A stretch of DNA of 64,000 nucleotides from Azolla caroliniana. Lineage: Eukaryota > Plantae > Polypodiophyta. Below the pieces are notes generated by a model that saw nothing but the letters and a program-made list of their open reading frames with translations, ran no database searches and was not told the origin of the DNA. The DNA lies in NCBI GenBank assembly GCA_043228905.1, contig JBHGNT010000009.1, forward strand, positions 2,480,001-2,544,000, read 5' to 3'. Below are positions 39,201-50,433 of the stretch, piece by piece; positions within the stretch are counted from its first letter, which is position 1, and each line of letters starts with the position of its first letter. Made by a program: the position numbers and the translations under genes.

Positions 39201-39423
39201 AGGATCTTGCCGAAGATACACATGATAGTGAGTGTGGTGCAATTATTGTGTAGCCTTTAGGGTGCGTTGCATCAAGGACATGTCGTCATTTCAATCAGAG
39301 TTATCTCTCCTTGCCAAAATTGTAGTCTACATAAAACCGTCATATATCCTTTTGACGATGAGTTGGGCAAGAGTGGTTGTCAAGCACTCATGAGCTATTA
39401 ATTCACATATGCTTAGACTTAGG

Positions 39424-39839
39424 TGTAAAAGATTATGTGCGGAAGCAATAGAAAACCAAACACACAGAAAATACATAGGTTTAATGGAGAGCTTGAGTAT
39501 GCACAGTACGCGGGAGAGACAGAGAGAGAACACACAAGAAATTCAATTCAAAAAATACTAACTCTGTACATACATCGTGCTCAGTGAGCACCTTTTATAC
39601 AAACCCTGACAATGGGATGACACAAGTACTGACAGTACTTGACTGCTCATAAATGAGCCTCGACACTTACTCCCAAAACTATTCCTTACGAGGAATATCT
39701 CTCTAACGGCCTTTCGGTTTACGCACCAATACGGCCTCTCATTACGCACCGGTTTGCGTACCGGTTTACGCATTCGTTTTACGCACCGGTCCTCGGCTTG
39801 CTCAACCAATCCGGCCGATGTTGAGCTTGTCTCTTAACA
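39424..39839 (-). mobile_element. Solo LTR
   Basis: TGTAAAAG...CTTAACA; 5-bp TSD TTAGG at 39419-39423 and 39840-39844; TATA-like TATAAAAG on the minus strand. Confidence 0.88.
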
Positions 39840-40647
39840 TTAGGGAATTTTTCACCTTTAGTTTAGGTTTTCTAAACTACGAAACGTACTAATGCCTCAC
39901 AACTTAGGGCTTAAGCATTAACTTCCTAGGTACTTGACATGTAAGAACATTGCACATACATAAGTTAACCACAATTCAACTAATTTAGATATAAAGCATC
40001 ATATATGCAAGGACATTAGGGTTGGGCTTCAAATAAACATTTAGCACTAATGTCATGCAATGTATGACATAGGCAAATTTTATTAATCGTCTTCAAAGGC
40101 TAAATCTAAGCTAGGAGACCAAAAATATTACATTTCCCGCAATACATGTAAAAGTGACTAGGGACTCTCAATGTTTAAGAACTTTACCAATGAATGTTAC
40201 AATTGAGAGAGTACATTGTGATTATGAGAGAAATTCTTAGAAAGATTTGGTTCGGTCAAAGATGCGTGGAAAGCATCGTCGAATGTGATAAAAGATAGAG
40301 CCTTGTATCAAAGTGTGACACTCGGACTCCCAAACTTGTTTTGGGCAAAGTGTGTATAGTTGACTACACTCATCACTTGTGCCCCAATGTTGTGTCTCAC
40401 ATCGCAGTGCATGTGAGCTAGGTCACCTGGAAGCAATGGTTTAGATGGAAGACAATGAGATAGGCTCTTTCATGGAATTATCAAAGATAACATCAAGTCT
40501 ACCTTGGATGCCCTTACATGTGAGCTAGGTTAGCTTGGACTCGAGGGCTCGCTAGGGTCATGATTAGCTCGAACTTAAGGTCTTGTTGGAGTTTAGGTTA
40601 GCTTGAGCTCAGAGGCTCACAATCCTCAACGTTAGCGCGGACTCAAA

Positions 40648-41000
40648 TGTTGAGATTGGACCGTAGATCTATGAGAATGATAAACTGAAATGCACAAACG
40701 TGGAAACAAAAATAAAACAGCAAGTCAACAGAGAATACACAGTACACAGTATTTACGTGGAAACCCCAAAACAAGGGGAAAACACTCCCCATAATAAATT
40801 ATATGTGTTTTTAATATGGGGAAAGTACCAGGATACCCCTGGAAGTTCGCCTATTGACCAAAATGCCCCTGGAAGTTCCAAATTTACCAAACTACCCCTA
40901 TATCCAAAAAAATACACTTTATAAAGTAATTATACACTCAAATCTACAAGCCTTATTTACCAGAGTACCCTTAAACCTAAAATTTTTATTTTTTTCCAAA
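40648..41000. mobile_element. Copia LTR end fragment (about 40648-40805, minus) followed by a Mutator-like TIR fragment (about 40818-41000)
   Basis: TGTTGAG...ATTTACGTGGAAACCC resembles the reverse complement of the copia LTR tail at 28940-28970; GGGGAAAGTACC with repeated ACCCCT/GCCCCT units resembles MULE termini. Confidence 0.4.
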
Positions 41001-41169
41001 ATGAAGGTACTTTCCCATTAGTTAGGAAGGATTATTAGAAAGAGACTGTACAAGGAGGCTTAAACATAGATTGGGGAATCTCCCTCCGATCAAGTTCAAG
41101 AAAATGAGACTAGTTACATCACCTTTCGGATTGACTACTTAATGTAAGTACCTACAACTAAAACGGTGC

Positions 41170-42111
41170 CCTTTAGTGATGGCTAGTATGAGACAACTCT
41201 TGGGGTCGACAGCGAAGGGAGGGTGATAAGTGAGCCGGAAACAGCCAGCGTGGGGGCTGGTAGTTCCACCTCGGGCCACTTCCTCCTTGTGTCACCATAG
41301 GCGTGTTCCGCCATTTTTGCCAAAAGCGCAAACAGGCAGTGCCCACGTCAGTGGAATGGCTGCAAACCTCGTCCAATTTCCCTCGTAGGCAGCTAATAAG
41401 CGCAAACCATATGCCCATGATCACTTCCTCAGGGGGCCGCACCATATCCTGGAAGACCTTTAGGCAACGCGCTTTCCATACATACCAAAGGGTGAAGCCT
41501 GCGATCAGTATCCAAATGTCCGGGAACCTAGGGGATGCAGACTACAAGCCTCTCTCAAATCGAATCTTGGCGATTTTGCCTCTCATGCATACGTAACACC
41601 AACTATCCGCATTGAAGGTGTCCGTCCACCTATCAACTGAGTGATCAAGCCATGTCGTAGCACTTCACAATGATGTTCCTTCCACTTCACATGCCGCAAG
41701 GAGGCGAGTCACTCTATCCCATACCTTTTGAGCAAAAGTGGGCATCCTAAGAGGGCAATCCCACAGACAATGCCTTAGAGTCTCAATAGGTGAATGGCAA
41801 AGTGGGCAGTCTAACGAGCCACCATGTTTACCTAGCCATTCGCCAACGGGAACCACATTATGACCAATTTGCCACCAAAAAAACTTTATCTTTTCCAGCA
41901 AGTTGAGACGCCAGAGACCCTTCCAAAAGGTAACGAGCACCTCATCAGGGATGCCCAATGTACGCCAACCATTGCGTAAGGGGCCGTCTAGCTGCAATTG
42001 AAAAGTCTGACCCAATTTAGTGTTGTACTCGAAGAAATGACAAAGTTTGCCATCATGTTTCCACCTGAAATCCCCTGGGTCCCATTCTAGTTCGACGAGG
42101 GGACGACAACC
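41170..42111 (-). mobile_element. L1-type LINE, 3' end of ORF2 (zf-RVT)
   Basis: FWKGLWRL..KIKFFWWQIGH...CPLCHSPIETLRHCLWDCP..AQKVW and LWYVWKARC; in-frame stops. Confidence 0.88.
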
Positions 42112-42228
42112 TGTAAAGAATCGTGTATGATTCTTGTGCTGCGGAATAGATATGAGTTGTGTGTGTGTATGAGAGAGAGAGTGAGAGAGACAAGCAGTAA
42201 GACACAGAGAATATGCAAGGTAAAGTAT
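42112..42228 (-). mobile_element. Terminal fragment of a copia LTR (family of 56424-56810)
   Basis: Reverse complement matches about 56691-56810, ending GATTCTTTACA. Confidence 0.8.
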
Positions 42229-45200
42229 ACGCAAGCTGATGGAGCTGCTCAAATAGAAGTTGGAGATGGGCATCCTCGAACCGTTGAGAGCCCCATATTC
42301 GAATCGGTGGTTTACCGTGCCGAAGAAGAACGGCACACTGCGCTTCATACAGGACCTGTAGCCGATCAACAAGGTGACCATTCGAAACGCAAGTATCGGA
42401 CCGACCATCGATGAGTTTACGGAGGCCTTCGCAGGGAGGTCGATCTACTCGGTCGGGGACCTGTACTCAGGCTACGATCAGTTCCAGCTAGCCGTAGAGA
42501 GCAGGGATGTCACGACGATGCGGACTCCTCTTGGCCTAGTTCGGATGTGTACCCTGCCGCAAGGAGGAACGAACTCGGTGGTGCACATGGTGAATGCGAT
42601 GAACAAGGTGTTGAGGGACTGCATCCCGGACATCACCATGTCGTTTCTGGACGACATCCCGATCAAAGGATGTCCGGTGGAGGAAAAGGACGAGTCGGTC
42701 GGGCCCGACGGTTGCTAGAGGTTTGTGACGGATCACATCCGCGACTGCGAGAAGGTGCTACAAAGACTCGAGAGCGTGCGGCTCACCTTCTCCGGAGAAA
42801 AATCAGCCTTCGGACAGCCGAATATCCTGGTAGTCGGACACCTGTGCGGGCCTTACGGTCGGAAGCTGTCCCCAGCGGAGGTAGAAGCCATCTCCGCGAT
42901 GAAGGATGATTGCGGGTCGGTCACGGAGGTCCGAAGGATCCTTGGGGCGTGTGCGTTCTATCACATATGGATTCCGCACTATGCGCATGTCGCGGAGCCG
43001 CTCTACGGGTTATTAAAGAAAGGGCGCCGGTTCGAATGGAGGCCGGAGCACACGGAGTCGGTCCGGAGACTGAAGGAGGCACTCGCCGCGGCACCGGCTC
43101 TCCGAAAAGCAGTTTATAGCAAGGAAGTTCCCATTTACATGACGGTGGGCACGAGCCCCACTGGGATCGAGTGGGTGATCAATCAAGAAGATGAAGACAA
43201 CGTACGGTTCCCGATCCAGTTCGGGGCAAAGGTATTGAGCGAGCGGCAGTGAGGATACGCCCAAATCAAGCGCGACCTATGGGGTATCGTTTCTGCCGTC
43301 AAGGCCAACAAGGACTATCTGATCAGGACGGAAGTGATCATCGAGACGGACTGCCTACCGATTCTGGGTATGGTCTCCAGATGCGCGACCCCGGACCTGA
43401 CAATGCTCAGGTGGATCGTGTACATCAAGTCCCTGAACCCAGAGATACGGCACATCTCCGGAAAAGATAATGCCATTGTCGATATGCTTTCAAGGGCGCG
43501 GTTCAGCGACGAGGACGTCATGGTTTCGGATAATGAAGAAGTCGGCGAGGACTTCTTCGGGTCAGCTAACGTGACAACAAGAAAGGGGAGAACTCTAGCG
43601 CTTAACGAATTCGACGAGAGCAAGTACGACGGGGAGTGGCTCCAGATCGGCGGGTTCCTAAAGACATTGACACTGGACGCAGCATCGACGAAGGAAGAGA
43701 CCAACCGGATTCGGAAGAAAGCGTACCGATTCTTCCTACGGGACGGGAGCATATGGAAGCATCCGAAGAAGAGAAACGACATCCCGCTCCGAGTGGTGGC
43801 GGAGAAAGACGAACAGAAAGAATTGCTGAAGGCGTACCACGAGAGTCCCTGGGCCGGGCACCGCGGGACGTGGGCCACATTCGAGAAGCTAAATGAGAAG
43901 TACTAGTGGCCAGGGCTATATCGGGACGTGCATCGGTTCGTGATTACTTGCGAAAGTAGTCAGGTGCACTCCATAGTCTGACATTGGGATGAGCTCCACC
44001 CGACCTACCCTCTGACCGTCCACTTAAAGTGGATGGTGGATCTGGTGACGATGCCGATGGGGGTAGGGCAGATGCGGTATCTGGTGCTGGCTCGGGAAGA
44101 CCTGACAAACCAAGTGGAAGGCCGAGCGTTGCAGAACAAAATGACCGCAGTCGTGTGCTGATTTCTGATCGAAGAAGTGGTATGCCAGTACGGGTGTGTA
44201 GGTAAGATCGTGGCCGACCACGGGGAATTGGACGCGCAAGAGGCGGAAGAGTTGTTTGACCGGCTAGGGATTAAACTCTCGCTCACCACCGCATATAATC
44301 CGGAGGCTAACGGGAAGGTGGAGCGCGGGCACGGGCCGATCGTCAAAGCGTTGGTACGGGTGTGTGGAGGCCATGTCGGTAACTGGCCATGGCTCTTACC
44401 CTATGCGTTGTGGGCGGACCGAACCACGCACAGTTCAATAACTAGGTTCATGCCGGCAGAGCAAATGTACGGACAGAAGCCGATCATGCAGACAGAGCAG
44501 ACAATCTCCTCGTGGGCCACGGTGGACTGGAAAGACGAGATGAGCTGGGAGGAGTTGTTAGCGGCACGGATTCGGCAGCTAGAGCGAAGACCGGAGGACA
44601 TGGACCAAGCCGCGGAGAAGCTACGGGTGGCGAGGGTAAAGAACAAAGGACGGTTTGACCGGACTCACCGACTGAGACCGAAGAAGATCGAGGAAGGCGA
44701 ATGGGTTCTAGTATATGACAACAGCCTTGACAACCAGCACAGGGCAACGCGGAAGTTTGCAAGAAGGTGGTTCGGGCCGTATGTGGTGACAAGCGCCAAT
44801 GACAACGAGACCTACCATCTCGCGGAGCTCGGCGGGACAAGGATGGCGGTACCGGTGGTGGGGAAAAGGATCAAAGCATTCAAAAAGCGGCACGAGGCTG
44901 AACTGGACCCAGACGACCTGGATAGCGACAACGACTGGCTTAGAATGGATGCCGATCCGGAAGACGAAGGATAAGTGTGGGTCGGTCTTCTCCGGCAAGA
45001 GTCTAATTTTGGCGCATACCTGTGGATGCGCGGTTAGGTGGGGGCGGATGTCGTGGAGAAAACCGTCCCCAGGCGGAAACTAGGTATAACGTGCTTAAAC
45101 CGGCCCTTACACTTGGGCACAAGTTTTATTGTATAGTACGTAGGCAGGTACAAGTTGCCTGAGGCGAAATCCTAGGTAGCACGCATTCGGCCTCCTTGGG

Positions 45201-45629
45201 CTATAAAAGAGAAGGAGAAGTGAGAGCAAAAGGTATCGCGTTTTGCGGAGGACGAAGTGCTGCCAGATTGAAACCCTTTGTCGTCTCCATAATCGTTCTG
45301 TGTAGGTTTCGGGAGACTAACTCTGCTCCGCGGGACGCCCAAGTGCTTCCGGCAGAGTCTCCATCTCGCGTTGTGTGTGTGTGTGCAGGCGTCGAAGCCC
45401 ATCACTTGCCGGCTTGCCGGTTGTAACACCTTGATTTATACATACATAAACATTCGTTCTGTCTCCATCTCGCGTTCTTTAGTTAGTTGCAATTCCTGTG
45501 ATTTTGTGGGTTTGTGCGCGTGTGAATTACATCGTTAGTTTCCTTCCCCTCCCCTCATTCGGTTATTTCTCGGTCCGAGGCCCCCGTGGTCCCGCCTCCT
45601 TCTCCACGCACGCGCGTAACAACACAACA
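42229..45629 (+). mobile_element. 5'-truncated non-chromovirus Ty3/gypsy (element B): RT-RNase H-integrase pseudogene and 3' LTR 45049-45629
   Basis: PYSNRWFTVPKKNGTLRFIQDL, DLYSGYDQF, TLPQGGTNS, FLDDI, ETDCLPI, HESPWAGHRG, AYNPEANGKVERGH, WFGPY; premature stops; PPT-like GGTGGGGGCGGA then TGTCGTG...CAACA. Confidence 0.9.
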
Positions 45630-46487
45630 TCGTGCTTGCCATTCGAAGATAACGCAATATCTTCATCAAATCGGCTTCCGTATGTCAAAATCGGACAACT
45701 CCCTCTACATACGAAGCGATTCCGCAAGTCCGATCGTCCTACATCCTCAACGGCACTACATCCTCAACTTGCTATACAAGTTCGGGATGGCTGAATGCAA
45801 ATCCGCAACAACCCCGCTCGATCGCAATCTCAAACTGGATGCGAACTCTGGCACCAAAGCGTGTGAGCCGACTCAGTATTAGCAACTCATCGGGAGTCTC
45901 ATCTACCTCACGATCACTCGACCCGATCTCAGTTATCCAATCGATCTCCTTAGCCAATTCATGCAAACACCGCGTGATACTCACTTGGATTGCGTTAAGC
46001 GAGTTCTACGATACGTGAGCGGCACAATGGATTGCGGCATCCTCTACAAGACCGATGTCGTGATGTGGCATGTCTAGTGCGAGAAAAAGTCAAAAATTGA
46101 GGATCCACACGGTTTTAAACCCATGGTTTCCTGCATGTCACAAAGCAAAACTGTGTGCATAGAAACCATGGCTCCAAGCCCATGGTTTTGTGCATGGACA
46201 AACCTATAAAACCCCTAGTACGGCTTGTGTAAAGGGGGGGGGGGGGGGGCTCAATATGAGATGACCATCATCATCACCATCAATAATATAAGCTTCTATT
46301 TCTTCTTCTTCGCATCTATCTTGTAATTATTTATCTACTTCTAAAAGTGTACAATATTCAATCTTCTCAAGTGTAATAGGTCTTCCTCCAATCTTACATT
46401 CATATCGTCCTCTTCTCAATACCTTGACGGACATCCTCCTTGGTCCAAGACCCCGGTGGTCCCGCTCAAGCGAAGCACGCTCGCATG

Positions 46488-46958
46488 TGTCAAGACTAAG
46501 AGAGAGAAAGAGAGAGAAAAAGAGATAGAGAGATAATTGAAAGAGAATTATTATATTGAAGCGTAAAATGGATTACAAAGAGTAGGCTACAAAATGGCGT
46601 TGAACCAATTTAGGTTTGGGATGGGTGGTAGATCCCTATTTATAAGTAATAGAGAACTCTCTAGAATATTCTAGGTTATCCTAGAATGTAGAGTAATCTA
46701 GAAGATCTCTAGAGTATTCTAGAAGGTTCTAGTGGTATAGAACACTCTAGACTATTCTAGGTCATTCTAGAATGTAGAGTAATATAGAATATTCCTATGA
46801 TATTAGATTTCATATTCTAGAGACTATACATAAAAGAATATTAATACAATGGTTAAGGATTTGACATGTGTACAACAAGGTCGTGGGTTCAAATCCTTTC
46901 GAGTCATAATGTGAGTGTCATGATCCTTTCGATGCATGATGTGACTGTTATCATGACA
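46488..46958 (-). mobile_element. Solo LTR of a self-priming chromovirus family, nested in the 5' LTR of element C
   Basis: TGTCAAG...CATGACA; TSD GCATG at 46483-46487 and 46959-46963; minus-strand TATAAATA followed 33 nt later by AAATTGGTTCAAC; A/B boxes at 46842 and 46886 (+). Confidence 0.9.
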
Positions 46959-47016
46959 GCATGCGCATCTTCGCGACATTTTTTGGTGAACCCGACGTGA
47001 AGAGCGGTAGGGGAGG

Positions 47017-48804
47017 ATGAAGCTGGACGAGGAATATCTAATGAAGGCAATGTCAAAGATGATGATGGAGTTTTCAAGAGAAGGGAAAACACGACATGCG
47101 GCCCAACAAGCCGTCGAAAGCATGATCGAGCGAGTCGGGTTTTTCGATGGAGGCAAAGTCCAAAAATTTCTAAAGGCCTACAATGCCGAAATGGATTCAA
47201 GAGGAGTGGAGGAAGCAATGAGGCTGGAGTACTTTTGTCAAGTGGTGGCCGAACCGATCTTCGAAGAGATTAAAGAGATTCAAAAAACTCACGATTCGTG
47301 GGTGTCCTTCAAAGAAGCTTTACGAGAATCATATGGTTACGAACAGCAAAAGGGACGAGGTCTGTATGAGTTTCACGAATGGGTGTCATCGAGAAAGACC
47401 CACCAGAGTGCTATGCATGCATTCGTTGAGTTTGAGTATCGCTTTGCTCAACTCTCGGACTGGGATCGAAGATTGGTGGGGGTGAATAAAGTTCTGATGT
47501 TTGTAAAGTCAATCGATCGGAATGAAAGGAAGGCCATTGGAATCCAACTCGAGGATGACAATGGTGAAAATGGCCTCACTGAGGATTGGGCCAAAGTGGA
47601 AAGGGTATGCCGACAACACGATAAGAGGGAAATGAGACTCTCATCGACAACAACACGAGCCACAAGGGATGTTCAAAGGAGAATGGGATGTGGTAATAAA
47701 AACCCACTGAAGGAAGAAAGCTCGAAGAGGGAAGCTTCGAAAGAACTCAACATAGAAGCCTTGATGAGAGAGGCATTAATGAACTTAAAGGCACAAGTCG
47801 AGGTTGAAGAGAAGCTGAAAACAAAACCGAGGAAAATGGTGATCGACGAAGAGGAGACCTCCCGACAAATGCAGACTAATGGTGCGGCCAATGCGAAGGC
47901 CTAGGTTTGGTATGATGGTACCATGGGAGAAGGTGTGAAACAAGCCACCTTCTCGACTTATGGAGGAACGACGGTCAAGAGAAAGGCCGAAGACTCGAGA
48001 GCGGGAAATGCTACTTTAAGAGTGGACGAGCATTTTGGAACACATGTTGTGTCCGAAATATTGAGTAATGAAGGTGCAAGCATGAGGGAAGCTTGCGTGA
48101 TCAAGGGATGTAAAGAGTGCGAGGTCGACGTGATTGAGGTAGTAGCCACGAGGAACGACATCGAGTCGCAGATGGCTAAGGAAGAGTCCACGGCGAATGA
48201 CCATGTCGAGACTTTCCCAACACTTGATCTAGAGACTTGGGCAGTTGCGTCCGAGAGCCAACATGAGACCCAAGAGACGGAAAGTAGTGGGGAAGAAAAT
48301 ATTGAAGACAATGTGAATAACAACATTGAGCGAAAGATGGCTACGGATGAGAAGACGGTGACCGATGGTGTCGAGGTTCTCCCCACAATTGTTCCTGAGA
48401 CTTCGGCAGTTGTGCCCGAGTGTCAACGTGAGACCGGAGAGACGGAAGGTGGCGGCTGGAAATCGAAGGACCGAAACAATGATGAGGAGGATGGCCACAG
48501 ACGAAGGAATCCCTCCACACCGATTCTGGAGACTTCGGCAGTTGTGCCCGAGAGCGAACATAAGACCGGAGAGATGGAAGGTGGCGGCGAGGAGATGAGG
48601 GTCGACGCCAGCGCATACCGAGGAACGGTGGCCAACAAGGACGCCAAAAACAAAGCTACAATAGAGTTCGATGAAGAGCCAGATAGCGGCAAGAAAGGAA
48701 GAACCAGAATACAATCCGGATGGAAGATGACGCGGTTGGTATTCCGACCCGAACGAGAGTTGATCAAACGGGCCCGACCCAACCAAAAACCGGATGGAAA
48801 CTGA
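47017..48804 (+). pseudogene. gag: Gag-like ORF with acidic repetitive extension (in-frame TAG at 47902-47904)
   Basis: FDGGKVQKFLKAYNAEM...SWVSFKEALRESY...FVEFEYRFAQL capsid-like motifs; ORF 47923-48804 is in the same frame and carries ETSAVVPE..TGE.EGGG repeats. Confidence 0.7.
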
Positions 48805-49424
48805 CCCAGACGAAAGTCGATCGTCTGAGTCTGATTCGGCCGAATGTGAATCCAGAGGAAGGCCGACCAAGCCAGAAGCTGATTGGTTGAGACAGACAAA
48901 AGTTGAACCGGTCTAGGCGGAGGTCGAAGCAGATGAGTCGTGACACCCGGTTGAGGCTAGCGAGAATAAGGAAAGGCAAGCATGAGACGAGAAATGATGA
49001 TAAAGGAAAGTTAGGTGACCAAGGAGATGGTCGAGATGAAGGTGGCACATGCATGAGGCATGAAGCGTTATGCTCGGGAGGAGCAAAGGGAGCCATGACA
49101 ACTAGACATGGCAATAAAAAAGGTGAGTGAATGATATGGTGGATCGGATGGCAACGACAGTTTGAAGTAGACGACAAAAAGACGGTGCGAACGAGGCGCA
49201 AGAAAGGAGGAAATCAAACACCAACCACCTTTGACCCTTCCACATCACTCTTTTCTTCTTGGCACATACCGGAGGATGTGCGGTTTGGTGGGGGTGGATG
49301 TCGTGATGTGGCATGTCTAGTGCGAGAAAAAGTCAAAAATTGAGGATCCACAGACATTTCACGAATACTTGTAAAAATGAAAATAAATAAACCTAGGTCA
49401 CAATGGCATTGAGTGCATGTAGAG

Positions 49425-49497
49425 GGTTGCAAGTAGGATTTGAACCTTGCACCTCTAAGATAAGAGGCAATTACCTTACCACTAAAACTACTACTAA
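49425..49497 (-). promoter_or_regulatory. tRNA-like A-box/B-box module in the 3' LTR of element C
   Basis: A box TAGTTTTAGTGG (49490-49479) and B box GGTTCAAATCC (49446-49436); starts 44 nt apart. Confidence 0.7.
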
Positions 49498-50358
49498 GTG
49501 CTTTAGGTGTTCTATATTTCTTTCTCATATTCAGTATTCCGTAGGAAACAAACGAACAAAACCGTGTACACAAAACCACGGTTTTAAGCCCATGGTTTCC
49601 TGCATGTCACAAAGCAAAACTGTGTGCATAGAAACCATGGCTCCAAGCCCATGGTTTTGTGCATGGACAAACCTATAAAACCCCTAGTACGGCTTGTGTA
49701 AAGGGGGGGGCTCAATATGAGATGACCATCATCATCATCATCAATAATATAAGCTTCTATTTCTTCTTCTTCGCATCTATCTTGTAATTATTTATCTACT
49801 TCTGAAAGTGTACAATCTTCAATCTTCTCAAGTGTAATAGGTCTTCCTCCAATCTTACATTCATATCGTCCTCTTCTCAATACCTTGACGGACATCCTCC
49901 TTGGTCCAAGACCCCGGTGGTCCCGCTCAAGCGAAGCACGCTTGCACGCGCATCTTCGCGACACCGCAATGCCAATACGTGTCAGGAATAGTACTAAAAC
50001 AGAGATGGAATTAGTACTAAGAACAGCAGTACTATTAGTACTAAGAGGACGGGACCGCGTAAGATTCCCGAGAGAGGAAGTGAGAAGAGGAGAGAGAGAG
50101 ATATATAGCGAGAATGAGAGAGAGAGAGAGAGATGATGACAGCAGCTATATATTATGTGAAAAGATAAGTACAAGCGGCTAAGAGGCTTAAGACTGGTGT
50201 TGAACCAATTTGGTTCAAAACAATGCCTTGTGCCTCCTTTTATAGTGTTTTTAGGAATAATCCTGAAGCTTCTAGAATGTTCCAGAGAGATCTGGAATAT
50301 ACATCAATTTTCTATGATAAAGTATAAATGAAAATAATGTCCTACAAAATACAATTCA

Positions 50359-50412
50359 TAATCTAATGGTAAGAGCTCGACCCATGTAGCATAAAGTCAT
50401 GGGTTCGAGTCT
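50359..50412 (+). promoter_or_regulatory. tRNA-like A-box/B-box module in the 3' LTR of element D
   Basis: TAATCTAATGG (50359) and GGTTCGAGTCT (50402); starts 43 nt apart. Confidence 0.65.
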
Positions 50413-50433
50413 TGCCATGACACTATCTCCCCC

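Larger units (their letters stand above)
46056..49963 (+). mobile_element. Non-autonomous gag-only Ty3/gypsy (element C) with tRNA-Trp PBS
   Basis: LTRs 46056-46978 and 49299-49963 (TGTCGTG...CGCGACA); 18-nt PBS TGGTGAACCCGACGTGAA (46984-47001), complementary to the plant tRNA-Trp 3' end as recalled; PPT-like GGTGGGGGTGGA; imperfect TSD CCG-A/CCGCA; no pol motifs. Confidence 0.88.
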
